Assembly (NCBI GenBank): GCA_038063735.1
Contig: JBBTUN010000004.1
Span: 106,646 to 170,645 of the forward strand
Reading direction: 5' to 3'
From: Patescibacteria group bacterium
GTDB taxonomy: Bacteria > Patescibacteriota > Microgenomatia > Curtissbacterales > GWA2-41-24
Length of the DNA stretch: 64,000 nucleotides
Positions 9,923 to 20,257 of this stretch are shown here, in pieces. The notes under the pieces were generated by a model, which saw nothing but the letters and a program-made list of their open reading frames with translations, searched no databases and had not been told where the DNA came from. The position numbers and the translations under genes were made by a program. The number at the start of each line of letters is the position of its first letter. Positions within the stretch are counted from its first letter, which is position 1.

Positions 9923-10954
9923 GTGAAAGTTGCATTTAACATATCGCCAAATTCAACAAACCACAAATTTCGGGGCATAGGTGTTTACACCTTATCACTC
10001 CAAAGAGCCCTCAAAGAGCATTCGGGTAAAGAGATTGATATTGAGTTCTTCTCAGCTATCAAAGAACCAGCCGGCTTTGATTTAATTCATTACCCATACT
10101 TCGATTTGTTTTTCCACACACTCCCTATGCAAAAAAAAACTTGCCGAGTTGTAACGATTCATGACGTAATACCACTGATCTTTCCGGATAAATTTCCTGT
10201 GGGTATAAAAGGCAAATTTAACCTGCTTTTGCAAAAACGGGCTCTTAAAAACACGGATGCTGTAATATGTGACTCATATCAATCAAAAAAAGATATTCAA
10301 AAATATCTAAACTTCCCGGAAGAGAAAATACATGTGGTCTACTTGGCAGCGGACAAAATATTTACAAATTTTAGGACCATTCCGCCAGCTATCAGGCTAA
10401 AATACAAGCTCCCTTCCAAATTTGTTCTATATGTTGGAGACGTTAATTATAATAAGAACATACTAAATCTTCTGGATGCTGTAAAAATTACAGGTGTCAA
10501 CCTAGTCATGGTTGGATCAGCAATTATTAACGACAAAATACCCCAGGTGCAAGAAATAAATCACAAAATCTCAAAATTAGGCTTACAAGATAAGATTACT
10601 AAAACAGGCTATATCCCAGACTCGGAACTGGTAGCAATTTACAACCTGGCCATTGTAACTCTAGTGCCGTCATTGTACGAAGGTTTTGGACTACCTTTAG
10701 TAGAAAGTATGTCTTGTGGCACCCCCGTCATTGCCGCTAAAAATTCATCACTAACTGAAATCGGTGGCGAAGCGGCTTTCTATTGCAAAGCAGAAGATCC
10801 AACAGACCTCGCCAATAAAATTAAGAAGGTTGTTGGTCTAAACGAGAAGGAACTCTCAAGCATCAGGCAAAAATCCCTTAAAAACGCAAGAAAATATTCT
10901 TGGTCGAAAACTGCTCAGGAAACTATTAATGTATACAAGTCGGCTATCAAGTGA
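9923..10954 (+). CDS. GT4 family glycosyltransferase (GT-B fold)
   Basis: EGFGLPLVESMSCGTPVIA motif, typical of GT4. GTG start. Confidence 0.75.
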   Translation: MKVAFNISPNSTNHKFRGIGVYTLSLQRALKEHSGKEIDIEFFSAIKEPAGFDLIHYPYFDLFFHTLPMQKKTCRVVTIHDVIPLIFPDKFPVGIKGKFNLLLQKRALKNTDAVICDSYQSKKDIQKYLNFPEEKIHVVYLAADKIFTNFRTIPPAIRLKYKLPSKFVLYVGDVNYNKNILNLLDAVKITGVNLVMVGSAIINDKIPQVQEINHKISKLGLQDKITKTGYIPDSELVAIYNLAIVTLVPSLYEGFGLPLVESMSCGTPVIAAKNSSLTEIGGEAAFYCKAEDPTDLANKIKKVVGLNEKELSSIRQKSLKNARKYSWSKTAQETINVYKSAIK

Positions 10955-12060
10955 AACATAAATTTAATGACATCTATCTAGTAATTTTCCTTTTTATAAC
11001 CTGGCGCCTATTTATATTCACAGTGGCTGCCATTGCACCAAAATTTATACCCAACTTCGGTGGAACATTTCCATATTACAATGAGCGATTAATTTCCACA
11101 GGCTTGCCATATTATATTTGGTCCTTTGGGAATTTCGATGGTGTTCACTATTTAGGTATTGCCAGGGACGCCTACGCTTATCAGTTCACACAAGCCTTCT
11201 TCCCACTTTATCCAATATTAATAAAACTAGTCTCAATGATATTATTTAATAAGTATTTAATATCCGCCCTTCTTATATCAAACATCTGTTTCCTTGCCGC
11301 CCTGCTATTATTTTATAATCTGACAAAACGCATATACTCAAAAAGTGTTGCTCTTTGGTCGTGTGTATTTTTAATTTCTTTCCCAACGTCTTTTTACTTT
11401 GGATCAATCTACACAGAAAGCCTATTTTTACTTTTAGTCGTCCTCTCGTTTTATTTTTTTGAACAAAATAAAATAATTCTCGCCTCACTAATAGGAGGTA
11501 TCGCCTCTTTTTCCAGATTGGTAGGAATATTCTTAGCGCCTGCACTTGTTAAAAAAATCACCATAAAAAACTTAATACCAATTTTGATTGTTCCAACGGG
11601 GTTAATTATTTATATGATTTACTTGCAATATAAATTTCATAATGCGCTCTACTTTCTTACCGCACAAAGCGCCTTCGGGCAAGAAAGAGCAACAACAAAA
11701 ATTGTTTTACTCCCGCAGGTAATTTACCGGTGGATAGCTCAAATCACTTCGTCCCACGGACCCCAATTATTTGTATCAACTTTTGAATTAGCCGCTACCT
11801 TATTTGCCCTGCTGACTTTAATAGTAGGCGCCAGGAAAGTGAAAAGAGAGTGGTTAATTTTTAGCTCCCTTGCGCTTATTACACCAACATTAACGGGCAG
11901 CTTGGCATCTATGCCAAGATATATTCTCGTCGCTTTTCCAATTTTTATCATCCTTGCACATATTAAAAATCTTTATATTAAGCTGTTTATTACGGCGACA
12001 TTTATAATTCTTCTAACATACTGCGTATCTATGTTCACACGTGGTTACTGGATAGCGTAA
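10951..12060 (+). CDS. GT-C mannosyltransferase-like membrane protein (PIG-V/GT76-like)
   Basis: FDGVHYLGIARDAY motif resembling the PIG-V family 'W/FDxxHYLxIAexGY' motif. About 8 TM segments. Confidence 0.5.
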   Translation: MKHKFNDIYLVIFLFITWRLFIFTVAAIAPKFIPNFGGTFPYYNERLISTGLPYYIWSFGNFDGVHYLGIARDAYAYQFTQAFFPLYPILIKLVSMILFNKYLISALLISNICFLAALLLFYNLTKRIYSKSVALWSCVFLISFPTSFYFGSIYTESLFLLLVVLSFYFFEQNKIILASLIGGIASFSRLVGIFLAPALVKKITIKNLIPILIVPTGLIIYMIYLQYKFHNALYFLTAQSAFGQERATTKIVLLPQVIYRWIAQITSSHGPQLFVSTFELAATLFALLTLIVGARKVKREWLIFSSLALITPTLTGSLASMPRYILVAFPIFIILAHIKNLYIKLFITATFIILLTYCVSMFTRGYWIA

Positions 12061-12087
12061 CAAATCAAAATTTGATATCATCCAGTC

Positions 12088-12456
12088 ATGGGTTTTTATC
12101 AACTTCTAGTAGTAAGTGTAATTTTTAATGTAACAGCCAACATTTTACTAAAAAAAGGAGTACTCTCCTTTGGCGGAATGAGTGGCGAAAAATCAAAAAT
12201 AATTGTTGAACTGTCCAAAGCAGCCGTAAATCCATTTGTACTTGTAGGCCTGGTACTGTATGGCCTTTCATTTTTAATATGGCTACGCGTATTGTCATTT
12301 AACGATTTATCAAAATCCTATCCAATATTTGCTACATGTGTTTTCCTCCTAACTACTTTAGGATCATTAAAATTCCTGGGGGAACAAATCACGCTAATGA
12401 GAATTGTGGGAATTGCCGTAATGCTTTTTGGTATTTTTATCGTTTCCCGTTCCTAG
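12088..12456 (+). CDS. Small 4-TM EamA/SMR-like membrane protein (ArnE/ArnF-like candidate polyprenyl-P-sugar flippase subunit)
   Basis: 122 aa with four hydrophobic helices. It lies immediately upstream of a DPM1/ArnC-like GT2. Confidence 0.45.
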   Translation: MGFYQLLVVSVIFNVTANILLKKGVLSFGGMSGEKSKIIVELSKAAVNPFVLVGLVLYGLSFLIWLRVLSFNDLSKSYPIFATCVFLLTTLGSLKFLGEQITLMRIVGIAVMLFGIFIVSRS

Positions 12457-12462
12457 TCATAA

Positions 12463-13143
12463 GTGAATGCAGCAATTGTAATACCTGCTTTTAACGAAGC
12501 AGCTGTCATTTATAAAGTAGTAAAGTTTCTTCCGAAAAAGCTAAAAGGTATTAAAGATATCAGAGTTGTCGTTGTAGACGATGGATCAACAGACGACACA
12601 CGCTTACAAGCTAAAAAAGCTGGGGCTATTGTCCTGAGGCATCCTGTAAACAGAGGTGTTGGTGCAGCAACTAAGACAGGAATCGAATGGGCACGCAAGC
12701 AGTCTATCGATTTACTTATTACTTTCGATGCAGACGGCCAGCATAATCCCATAGATATACCAAGGCTCATTAAACCAATAATTAAAAACGAAGCAGATCT
12801 GGTGATAGGCTCACGGTTCAAAAGGCAGCAAAGTATACCCTTAGACCGGCTCATTTTAAATTGGTCTGCAAACTTAATCACCTTCATGCTATTCGGTATT
12901 TTTTCAACAGATTCACAATCAGGATTAAGAGCAATGTCCAAAAGAGCCATCAGAAATCTGAATTTTAAAAACGATAGAATGGAATTTTCAACGGAGGTCT
13001 TAATTGAGGCCAAGCGAAATAAATTAAAAACACGAGAAGTTCCAACGAGTGCCGTTTACACAGTTTACTCCAGAAAAAAAGGACAAAAAAACACGAACGC
13101 ATTTCCAATCTTTATCCGTTTTCTTGTAAAATGGCTTCGATGA
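12463..13143 (+). CDS. GT2 polyprenyl-phosphate sugar synthase (DPM1/ArnC/GtrB-like)
   Basis: IVIPAFNEA…VVVVDDGSTDDT…TFDADGQH motifs. Confidence 0.7.
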   Translation: MNAAIVIPAFNEAAVIYKVVKFLPKKLKGIKDIRVVVVDDGSTDDTRLQAKKAGAIVLRHPVNRGVGAATKTGIEWARKQSIDLLITFDADGQHNPIDIPRLIKPIIKNEADLVIGSRFKRQQSIPLDRLILNWSANLITFMLFGIFSTDSQSGLRAMSKRAIRNLNFKNDRMEFSTEVLIEAKRNKLKTREVPTSAVYTVYSRKKGQKNTNAFPIFIRFLVKWLR

Positions 13144-14030
13144 AAAAAATACTTGTAACTGGCGCTGGAGGATTTGTAGGCACTCATTTAATTGCTTTCC
13201 TTGCTAAAAAAAATTATCAATTAACAGCACTTGTTATGACTAATAGAGAGAAAAAAAGGTTAAAAGGGACAAGAAGTGTACTGGTTGCAGATTTATCAAA
13301 AAAAGGTACATGGCAAAAGAATTTGACGGGTTACGATCTGGTTATACATCTGGCTGCACAAATTTCGGCAAAAACACCTGATCTCTTTATAAAAAATAAC
13401 GTCGTCGCGACCCAAAATCTCATCGATGCCTTAAAAAAAAGTAAAGTTCCGGAAATAATACATTTTTCCTCCGCGGCGGTGACTTCAATTCGCCTCGATG
13501 ATTACGCCAGAACCAAAAAGACTCAAGAAGAAACAGTTAGAAAATCAAAGCTCAAATACACAGTTCTAAGACCATCTATGATATATGGCCCGGGTGATAC
13601 AAAAAATGTCGGCTGGTTAATTAAGATTGTAAAAAGTCTACCAATCATTCCCCTGCCAGGGGGCGGAGGGTTTGGCAGGCAACCTGTTTTTGTTGAAGAT
13701 ATTTGTAGGATAGTTGAAAAAACTATAAAAACAGGGTCCAAAAACAAAATATATGAAATTCATGGTAAAGAATATGTGAGTATGAAAAGAATGATAAACG
13801 TAATAGTAAAAAAGCTAAAAGCAAAGAGGATCCTAATAAATGTTCCCATCGCACTATTATTATTAGCAGTCAAGGCTAATGAATTCCTCTTGCCAAATCC
13901 TAAATTTACAACGGATCAAATAATGTCGCTTATTTCAGGGGAAAAATTTAAAGGTGATAAATGGTGGATTACGTTTGATATAATACCAACCAAGTTTGAA
14001 ACAGGAGTTGCCAAGATGATAAAAGGATAA
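13131..14030 (+). CDS. NAD-dependent epimerase/dehydratase (SDR). The start may be the ATG at 13140 (ATGA overlap).
   Basis: VTGAGGFVGTHL Rossmann motif. YARTK catalytic Y-x3-K. Confidence 0.65.
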   Translation: MASMKKILVTGAGGFVGTHLIAFLAKKNYQLTALVMTNREKKRLKGTRSVLVADLSKKGTWQKNLTGYDLVIHLAAQISAKTPDLFIKNNVVATQNLIDALKKSKVPEIIHFSSAAVTSIRLDDYARTKKTQEETVRKSKLKYTVLRPSMIYGPGDTKNVGWLIKIVKSLPIIPLPGGGGFGRQPVFVEDICRIVEKTIKTGSKNKIYEIHGKEYVSMKRMINVIVKKLKAKRILINVPIALLLLAVKANEFLLPNPKFTTDQIMSLISGEKFKGDKWWITFDIIPTKFETGVAKMIKG

Positions 14031-14384
14031 ATGCTTACATCAATTCAGATAATCCTAATACTATTCATAATCTTTGCTTTATCTAGAGTAATCTTAAGAC
14101 TTAGAGAAAAAGTAATTTCAACCCTTACTGCGGTTTTTTGGAGCGCAATTTGGCTAGCCGCCTTTGCCGGAATACTTCTGCCTAAAACTACGACAAAAAT
14201 TGCAGAATTTTTCGGCGTCGGAAGAGGGGTGGACGTTATTGTTTACTTATCGCTCGCACTACTTTTTTATTTGGTTTTTAGAGTTTACGTAATGATTGAA
14301 GATATACGCCATGAGATTACAGAAATCGTAAGATTAGTCGCACTCAAAAACACTCCAAAAAAGAAAAAATCTTCCAAGAAATGA
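14031..14384 (+). CDS. Small membrane protein (DUF2304-like), commonly paired with GtrB-like GT2 genes
   Basis: 117 aa with 3 TM helices and a K-rich C-terminus. Confidence 0.4.
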   Translation: MLTSIQIILILFIIFALSRVILRLREKVISTLTAVFWSAIWLAAFAGILLPKTTTKIAEFFGVGRGVDVIVYLSLALLFYLVFRVYVMIEDIRHEITEIVRLVALKNTPKKKKSSKK

Positions 14385-15523
14385 AACTTCTCTTTATCTC
14401 GGAATACTTTCCAAGAGGGAAAGAGTTACGTTTTAGTGGAGGTGTCGAGGCCCGAACATTTTACATTGCCAAGTATCTAGCCAAAAAACATGAAGTTCAT
14501 GTGGTAACTTCAAAATTAAGTGACACAAAATCAAACGAAAAGCTGTTTGGAATCAATGTGCATCGAGTAGGGCCAATAAGAGTTTATAAGCCAGGTGCCG
14601 AAACGTCGTCAATAATTGCCATCATAAATTTCACACGAGAAGCAATTAAAGTAGGTCAAAATTTGAAACCAGATATCGTTGACGGAGGAAATTTCATCAG
14701 TCACACAATTGCAAAAGAGATAGGTAATAAGCTAAAAATTCCAACCGTTTTTTGGTATCCTGACGTCTTTTTGGGTAATTGGGTTAAAACATCAGGATAC
14801 ATTGCGGGACTAGGGGGTTGGCTAAATGAAAAATTTAATCTGCTTAGAGGCGCTGACATGTTTATTGCAATATCTAAAGTAACAAGAGATAAGTTAATAA
14901 AAAACGGCGTAAGTTCATCTAAGATAAGAGTGATACCCTGCGGAGTGGATAAAAAAGAATTTGTGGGTACAAGCCATAAATACAATGAAACCACGATAGT
15001 GTGCGTTAGTAGACTTGTTGGCTACAAACGAATTGAGGATTTAATCTGGGCTTTTGCCTTGTTGCTGAAAGAAAATAAAGGTATCCAGCTAGTAATTATA
15101 GGAAGAGGCCCAACTGAAAATAAAATAAATAACATAATAAAAATGCTAAATATCAAAAAACATGTGACGATTAAATTAAATCTGCCTAGAAAAGAATTAA
15201 TAGAAACTTTAAAGTCTTCACACTTATTTTGTCTTCCATCAGAAATCGAGGGTTTCGGAATAAGTGTAGTCGAAGCTATGGCTGCAAAAATACCTTATGT
15301 AATAAGTAACATTCCTGTGTTTAAAGAAATTACGCACAACGGTAAGGGTGGTTCCGTCTTCAAACTTGGTGATCAGCAAGACCTAAAGTCTAAGTTAAGC
15401 AAATTATTAAGCAATAAATCTTTTTACAACAGTAAGATCAAAGAATCTGAAGGCCTACTGAGCATATATAACTGGGAAAAAATAGCCTCACAAACTGAGT
15501 CTGTCTACAAAAGCCTATTATGA
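14381..15523 (+). CDS. GT4 family glycosyltransferase
   Basis: EGFGISVVEAMAAKIPYVIS motif. Confidence 0.75.
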   Translation: MKLLFISEYFPRGKELRFSGGVEARTFYIAKYLAKKHEVHVVTSKLSDTKSNEKLFGINVHRVGPIRVYKPGAETSSIIAIINFTREAIKVGQNLKPDIVDGGNFISHTIAKEIGNKLKIPTVFWYPDVFLGNWVKTSGYIAGLGGWLNEKFNLLRGADMFIAISKVTRDKLIKNGVSSSKIRVIPCGVDKKEFVGTSHKYNETTIVCVSRLVGYKRIEDLIWAFALLLKENKGIQLVIIGRGPTENKINNIIKMLNIKKHVTIKLNLPRKELIETLKSSHLFCLPSEIEGFGISVVEAMAAKIPYVISNIPVFKEITHNGKGGSVFKLGDQQDLKSKLSKLLSNKSFYNSKIKESEGLLSIYNWEKIASQTESVYKSLL

Positions 15524-16602
15524 AAGTTGCCGTAATCATTGACACTTGGTTTCCTTTTGTGGGCGGCGGTCAGATTAACGCTTGGGAGATTTCAAAAAGA
15601 CTTGCTCACAAGGGTCAAGATGTCGAAATAATTACCAGAAACTGCGGAAAAGATAGCCTCCAAAGCATTAAAAATTTAAAAGTTGCCAAACTTGGCCCAA
15701 AATCAAAAACTGGTAACAATTTTTCCAAAATAATATTTATTTTCAGAGCCTTTTTTTATGTACACAAAAGAGATTTCGATTTAGTTCATGCACATGCTTT
15801 TTTCCCGGGTATCACCGCGAGGCTAGTGACTGTGTTTAAAGGAACCCCAAGCATCTTTACCGTCCATGGTACATCGCTTAATACAAAACTCAATGGTCTA
15901 GCGTCTAGATTAGTTGAAAACTTTATACTAACAAAAATACTTTATTCCGCCCAAATCACTGTATCAAGAGATTTTTATAAAATAAAAAATGTTAACAAGA
16001 ATATAATTTTTATTCCGAACGGTGCATATATAAAAAATTACAATAGTAATACACAAAAAGAAAATTTACTGTGTGCAGCTAGACTTCACCCTCAGAAAAA
16101 CTTAGATAACTTAATAAAAGCATTTAAAATAATAGAAAGAAAATATCCTCATATAAAATTACAGATAGCAGGTGATGGTCCCCAAAAAAAATACCTACAA
16201 GAACTTGTAAAAAATCTGAATTTAAACAACAAAGTGAAATTTTTAGGATTATTGGACAAAAAATCACTTAATAAACTTTACTCAACATCAAAATTATTTA
16301 TTTTATCATCAGTTTACGAAGGACAACCCCTGACGGTTCTGGAGGCATTTGCTGCTAAGCTTCCAGTAGTTGTCACTAGAACCGGAGACCTTCCATATAT
16401 TGTAAAGGAAGGTGTAAACGGTTTTTTTATAAGCGATCCTTTAAATCCTCGGAGTATAGCAACAAGTATAATCAAAGCTTTAAATAATAATAATCTTGGC
16501 AAGCTCGGTAATAACGGATTCAATCTAGTTAAAAATAATTACACTTGGGATAAAATTGGCCAGAAAACATATGAACTATACAGGCAAACAATCAAAAACT
16601 GA
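15520..16602 (+). CDS. GT4 family glycosyltransferase
   Basis: YEGQPLTVLEAFAAKLPVVVTRTG motif. Confidence 0.75.
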   Translation: MKVAVIIDTWFPFVGGGQINAWEISKRLAHKGQDVEIITRNCGKDSLQSIKNLKVAKLGPKSKTGNNFSKIIFIFRAFFYVHKRDFDLVHAHAFFPGITARLVTVFKGTPSIFTVHGTSLNTKLNGLASRLVENFILTKILYSAQITVSRDFYKIKNVNKNIIFIPNGAYIKNYNSNTQKENLLCAARLHPQKNLDNLIKAFKIIERKYPHIKLQIAGDGPQKKYLQELVKNLNLNNKVKFLGLLDKKSLNKLYSTSKLFILSSVYEGQPLTVLEAFAAKLPVVVTRTGDLPYIVKEGVNGFFISDPLNPRSIATSIIKALNNNNLGKLGNNGFNLVKNNYTWDKIGQKTYELYRQTIKN

Positions 16603-17389
16603 AGTAAGCGTAATTATGGCAGTTTATAATGGTATGCCATTTTTAAAGCAGGCCGTAAAAAGCATACTGAATCAAACATTTAAAAACTTCGAATTCATTA
16701 TAGTGGACGACGGATCAAGCGATGGAACATGCGAATACCTTAAAAAAATAAATAACAATAGACTTAAGATTATAAAAAACAAAAAAAACTTTGGCCTTGC
16801 AACATCACTCAACAAGGCATTTAAAGTATCAATTGGTAAGTATGTTGCAAGAATGGATGCTGACGATATAAGTTTGCCAAAACGTCTAGAATTGCAATAC
16901 TATTTTATGAAAAATAAACCTGAGGTTGATATTTGTGGAACTTGGGTGGCAATAATTGATGAAAACGGCAGAAAGATAGGCAAAGTTCATTATCCCGTTG
17001 GCGACAAAGACATTAAAAAAACTTTGAGAAAAGTGACACCTCTCATTCACCCCACATGGTTTTTAAGGCGATCAGTATTTAATGAGCTGAAAGGGTATAA
17101 ACCCGTATGGGATATTGTAGAAGACTACGATTTCTTGCTCCGGGCAAAGAACTTCAAAATGGCCAATATTCCAAAAGAATTAGTTTACTGGCGAACACAA
17201 AAAAATCGTCGGTCAACTAAAGACATACAAAAAATGTACAAAAAAAGCCTAATGCTCCGGCTTGAATATTTTAAACAAGGAAAATTAGATATCTCATACC
17301 TACCTTATGTCGTTAGAAGTGTTATTACAACTTACATTATTCCTCCAAAGCTTAAGATATATTTAAATCAAAAAGCACATTTAATATGA
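16556..17389 (+). CDS. GT2 family glycosyltransferase. The start is uncertain; 16556 and 16571 are both candidates.
   Basis: VSVIMAVYNG…FEFIIVDDGSSDGT…RMDADD motifs. Confidence 0.7.
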   Translation: MARKHMNYTGKQSKTEVSVIMAVYNGMPFLKQAVKSILNQTFKNFEFIIVDDGSSDGTCEYLKKINNNRLKIIKNKKNFGLATSLNKAFKVSIGKYVARMDADDISLPKRLELQYYFMKNKPEVDICGTWVAIIDENGRKIGKVHYPVGDKDIKKTLRKVTPLIHPTWFLRRSVFNELKGYKPVWDIVEDYDFLLRAKNFKMANIPKELVYWRTQKNRRSTKDIQKMYKKSLMLRLEYFKQGKLDISYLPYVVRSVITTYIIPPKLKIYLNQKAHLI

Positions 17390-18279
17390 ATTTAAGCAAT
17401 AAAAAAGTTTTAGTAACAGGAAGTTCGGGCTTCATAGGCGAAAATTTAAAAACAAGACTTATTAAAGAGGGGGCGCAAATAACAATATTTGACAAACGAA
17501 ATGGTGATGACGTCAAAGATGAAAAAAAAATGGCTGGGACTCTAAAAAACAATTTTGACATCATATACCATTTAGCAGGAGTTTCGGGAAGCGCAGGTAG
17601 CAACAAAAATGCGATCGAATCTTTTAAAATCAACACACTTGCCACGATAAAAATGCTTGCATTAGTATGCAAAATATCACCAAAAACAAAAATAATACTC
17701 TCTAGCTCGAGACTAGAATACGGAATACCTAGAAAATTACCTGTTGGGGAAAGTCATCCAACAGAGCCGAATTCAATTTACGGTTTATCAAAATTACTCG
17801 CAACTCAATATGCACTTTTACTCGCCAAAACACAAAAACTAAATGTGACCATTTTTAGGACATCGAACACTTATGGTCCACACGAAAAAGAAAAGTTCCA
17901 CGGTTATAATCTCATAAATCATTTTATCGATTTAGCAAAAAGCAACAAAAAAATAGTAATTTTTGGCCATGGCGATCAGCTTAGGGATTATATTTATATC
18001 GATGATTTAATTGATGCATTCATACTAGCAAATCAAAAAATTGCTTCCGGTAAAATTTACAATTTAGGATACGGAAAAGGTGTTTCACTGATGGAAATGG
18101 CCACTTTGATTGTTGAAAAAACCGGTAATGGCAATATCATTTCTCGGCCGTGGCCGCAAGAATATAAAAACGTCGAAACAGGTAGCTATATTAGTGATAT
18201 AAGGGCAATAAATAATGATCTAAATTTTGTACCTAGAACAACTTTTGTAGAGGGCATTATCAAGACAATTAATAATTAA
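17386..18279 (+). CDS. NAD-dependent sugar epimerase/dehydratase (SDR)
   Basis: VTGSSGFIGENL motif and YGLSK Y-x3-K. Confidence 0.7.
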   Translation: MNLSNKKVLVTGSSGFIGENLKTRLIKEGAQITIFDKRNGDDVKDEKKMAGTLKNNFDIIYHLAGVSGSAGSNKNAIESFKINTLATIKMLALVCKISPKTKIILSSSRLEYGIPRKLPVGESHPTEPNSIYGLSKLLATQYALLLAKTQKLNVTIFRTSNTYGPHEKEKFHGYNLINHFIDLAKSNKKIVIFGHGDQLRDYIYIDDLIDAFILANQKIASGKIYNLGYGKGVSLMEMATLIVEKTGNGNIISRPWPQEYKNVETGSYISDIRAINNDLNFVPRTTFVEGIIKTINN

Positions 18280-19388
18280 TGAGAATATGTTCACCTCAAC
18301 TCGGACTTGCCCCAAATTCAGTACTCGGAGGAGAGGTATTTGATAGACAAATATTACTCGGCTTGGCTAAAAAAGGTGTTAAAGTTGAAGTTATTTTGCC
18401 AAAAAATCTGCCTCATGACAAAAAGGTAAAAAATTGGGATATCACATTTCTGCCAGTCGCCCACTTCCCCGCGGTTTTCGGCAATTTACTTTACTTGCCA
18501 TACCTCTTTAAGATTTATAAGAAGAACAAATTTCAAATATTAAGAATTCATCAACCACAATTTTTAGGAATAGGATGCTTGATTTTTAAGATTTTTAAAA
18601 AAGACGTAAAACTGTTTGCAAATTACCATCGATTTAAAGAGACAAATTTTGGGCCTTTTTCTAAATATATAAATAAGAAATGGGATCATATCATCTGCGA
18701 TAGCGAAAATGTAAAGAAGAAAATTAACCAGTCGTATCAGGTTCCAAAGTCTAAAATTACCGTTATCCATAATGGTATCCCAAGTTACTTGAAGCCGACA
18801 AAAAAGGATCCAAAGTTAATAAAAACACTAAAACTGGAGGGTAAATTTGTGATGCTTTTCATGGGACTCTTTATAAAAAGAAAAAATCCACAATTTTTAA
18901 TTGATGTACTAGATGAATTAGTAAAAAGAGACAAAAACTATGCTGTCCTTTTTTGGGGTGAAGGGCCCTTGAAAGAGAGAATAATTAAAAAGGCCCAAGA
19001 ATTGGGGCTGCTTGAGAATATAAAATTTATTAAGCCAGTATTTGGTGCAAAAAAGAATAAAATCCATAATCTTGCAGATATTTTTGTGCACCCGTCCCTA
19101 GATGAAGGCTTAGCTCTAGCCCCTTTAGAGGCAATGGCTTGCGCCAAACCAATTATTATGACTAGCGGTTACTCATCAAAAGAAATAGTTGAAGATGGGA
19201 AAAATGGCTATATTGTTAGGGCTAATGATATTAAAGACTGGTCAAATAAAATCTATGCACTGAGTAGTAATAAATATTTGTCAACAAGAATGTCAATTCA
19301 CACTTTAAAAAAAGTTGTAAATGATTTTAATTGGTTAAAAAGCGTACAGATAAATTTTGAAGTAATTAAAAAATTAACAAGGATATGA
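18279..19388 (+). CDS. GT4 family glycosyltransferase
   Basis: DEGLALAPLEAMACAKPIIMT motif. TAATG overlap. Confidence 0.65.
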   Translation: MRICSPQLGLAPNSVLGGEVFDRQILLGLAKKGVKVEVILPKNLPHDKKVKNWDITFLPVAHFPAVFGNLLYLPYLFKIYKKNKFQILRIHQPQFLGIGCLIFKIFKKDVKLFANYHRFKETNFGPFSKYINKKWDHIICDSENVKKKINQSYQVPKSKITVIHNGIPSYLKPTKKDPKLIKTLKLEGKFVMLFMGLFIKRKNPQFLIDVLDELVKRDKNYAVLFWGEGPLKERIIKKAQELGLLENIKFIKPVFGAKKNKIHNLADIFVHPSLDEGLALAPLEAMACAKPIIMTSGYSSKEIVEDGKNGYIVRANDIKDWSNKIYALSSNKYLSTRMSIHTLKKVVNDFNWLKSVQINFEVIKKLTRI

Positions 19389-20257
19389 AGAGAGTATTAT
19401 TGATTGGAGCCAGCGGACAATTAGGTACTGATATAGCAATAGCTTTTAAAAAAAAGTACGAGGTGGTATCTGCTAACCATAAAGATGTAGACATTCTTGA
19501 CTCAAAAAAATTGAAAAAAGCTGTATTTAATATAAAGCCAGATATTATTATTAATACAGCTGCTTACCATAAGGTGGATGAAATTCAAAAAAACGCCAAA
19601 AAAGCGTTTTTGGTAAACGCACTAGGGCAAAGAAACGTAGCAAACTTATCATTAAAAATAAACGCTACTGTCGTTTTCATGAGTACTGACTATGTATTTG
19701 GTGCCGATGTGGGCAGAAGAAAAGCCTACACAGAGTTAGATTGTCCTCGCGCAATAAACACGTATGGTGTTACAAAAATAGCAGGAGAAGAATTAACAAA
19801 GATTCATACTAATAAATATTTTATTATCAGAACAAGCGGACTTTATGGTACAAAGGGATCGTCAAACAAAGGGGATAACTTTGTAGAAAAGATGATAAAT
19901 ATGGCCAAAATTGGCAAAGAATTAAACGTGGTAAATGATCAATTCTTAAGCCCTACATACACTAAAAATCTTGCTCAAAACTTACTACTGCTTTTAAAAA
20001 CCACGAGGTTTGGCACCTATCACATGGTTTCTCGTGGATCGTGTTCATGGTGGCAATTTACCAAAGAAATATTTAAACTCCTACACATAAGGGTTATATG
20101 CAATCCTGTAGATTCAAATTACTTTAAAACCGAAGCAAAAAGACCATCTTATAGTGTGCTAGCAAACTGTAATCTATCAAAGATTAAGATAAATAAAATG
20201 AAGCACTGGAAAACAAATCTAAAAGATTATCTAGAAGAAGCAAATCATATCAGTTAA
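19385..20257 (+). CDS. rmlD: dTDP-4-dehydrorhamnose reductase (RmlD family)
   Basis: LLIGASGQLG motif, the STDYVFGAD RmlD signature and YGVTK. Convergent 4-bp overlap with rmlC. Confidence 0.65.
   Translation: MKRVLLIGASGQLGTDIAIAFKKKYEVVSANHKDVDILDSKKLKKAVFNIKPDIIINTAAYHKVDEIQKNAKKAFLVNALGQRNVANLSLKINATVVFMSTDYVFGADVGRRKAYTELDCPRAINTYGVTKIAGEELTKIHTNKYFIIRTSGLYGTKGSSNKGDNFVEKMINMAKIGKELNVVNDQFLSPTYTKNLAQNLLLLLKTTRFGTYHMVSRGSCSWWQFTKEIFKLLHIRVICNPVDSNYFKTEAKRPSYSVLANCNLSKIKINKMKHWKTNLKDYLEEANHIS

Noticed and set aside
10131-10139. Multiple A8-A9 and T8-T9 runs in coding regions, for example 10131, 17521, 22311, 27111, 57071 and 57171.
   Set aside because: These are expected in a roughly 30% GC genome rich in Lys and Phe codons. 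They are not distinctive enough to call as contingency loci.
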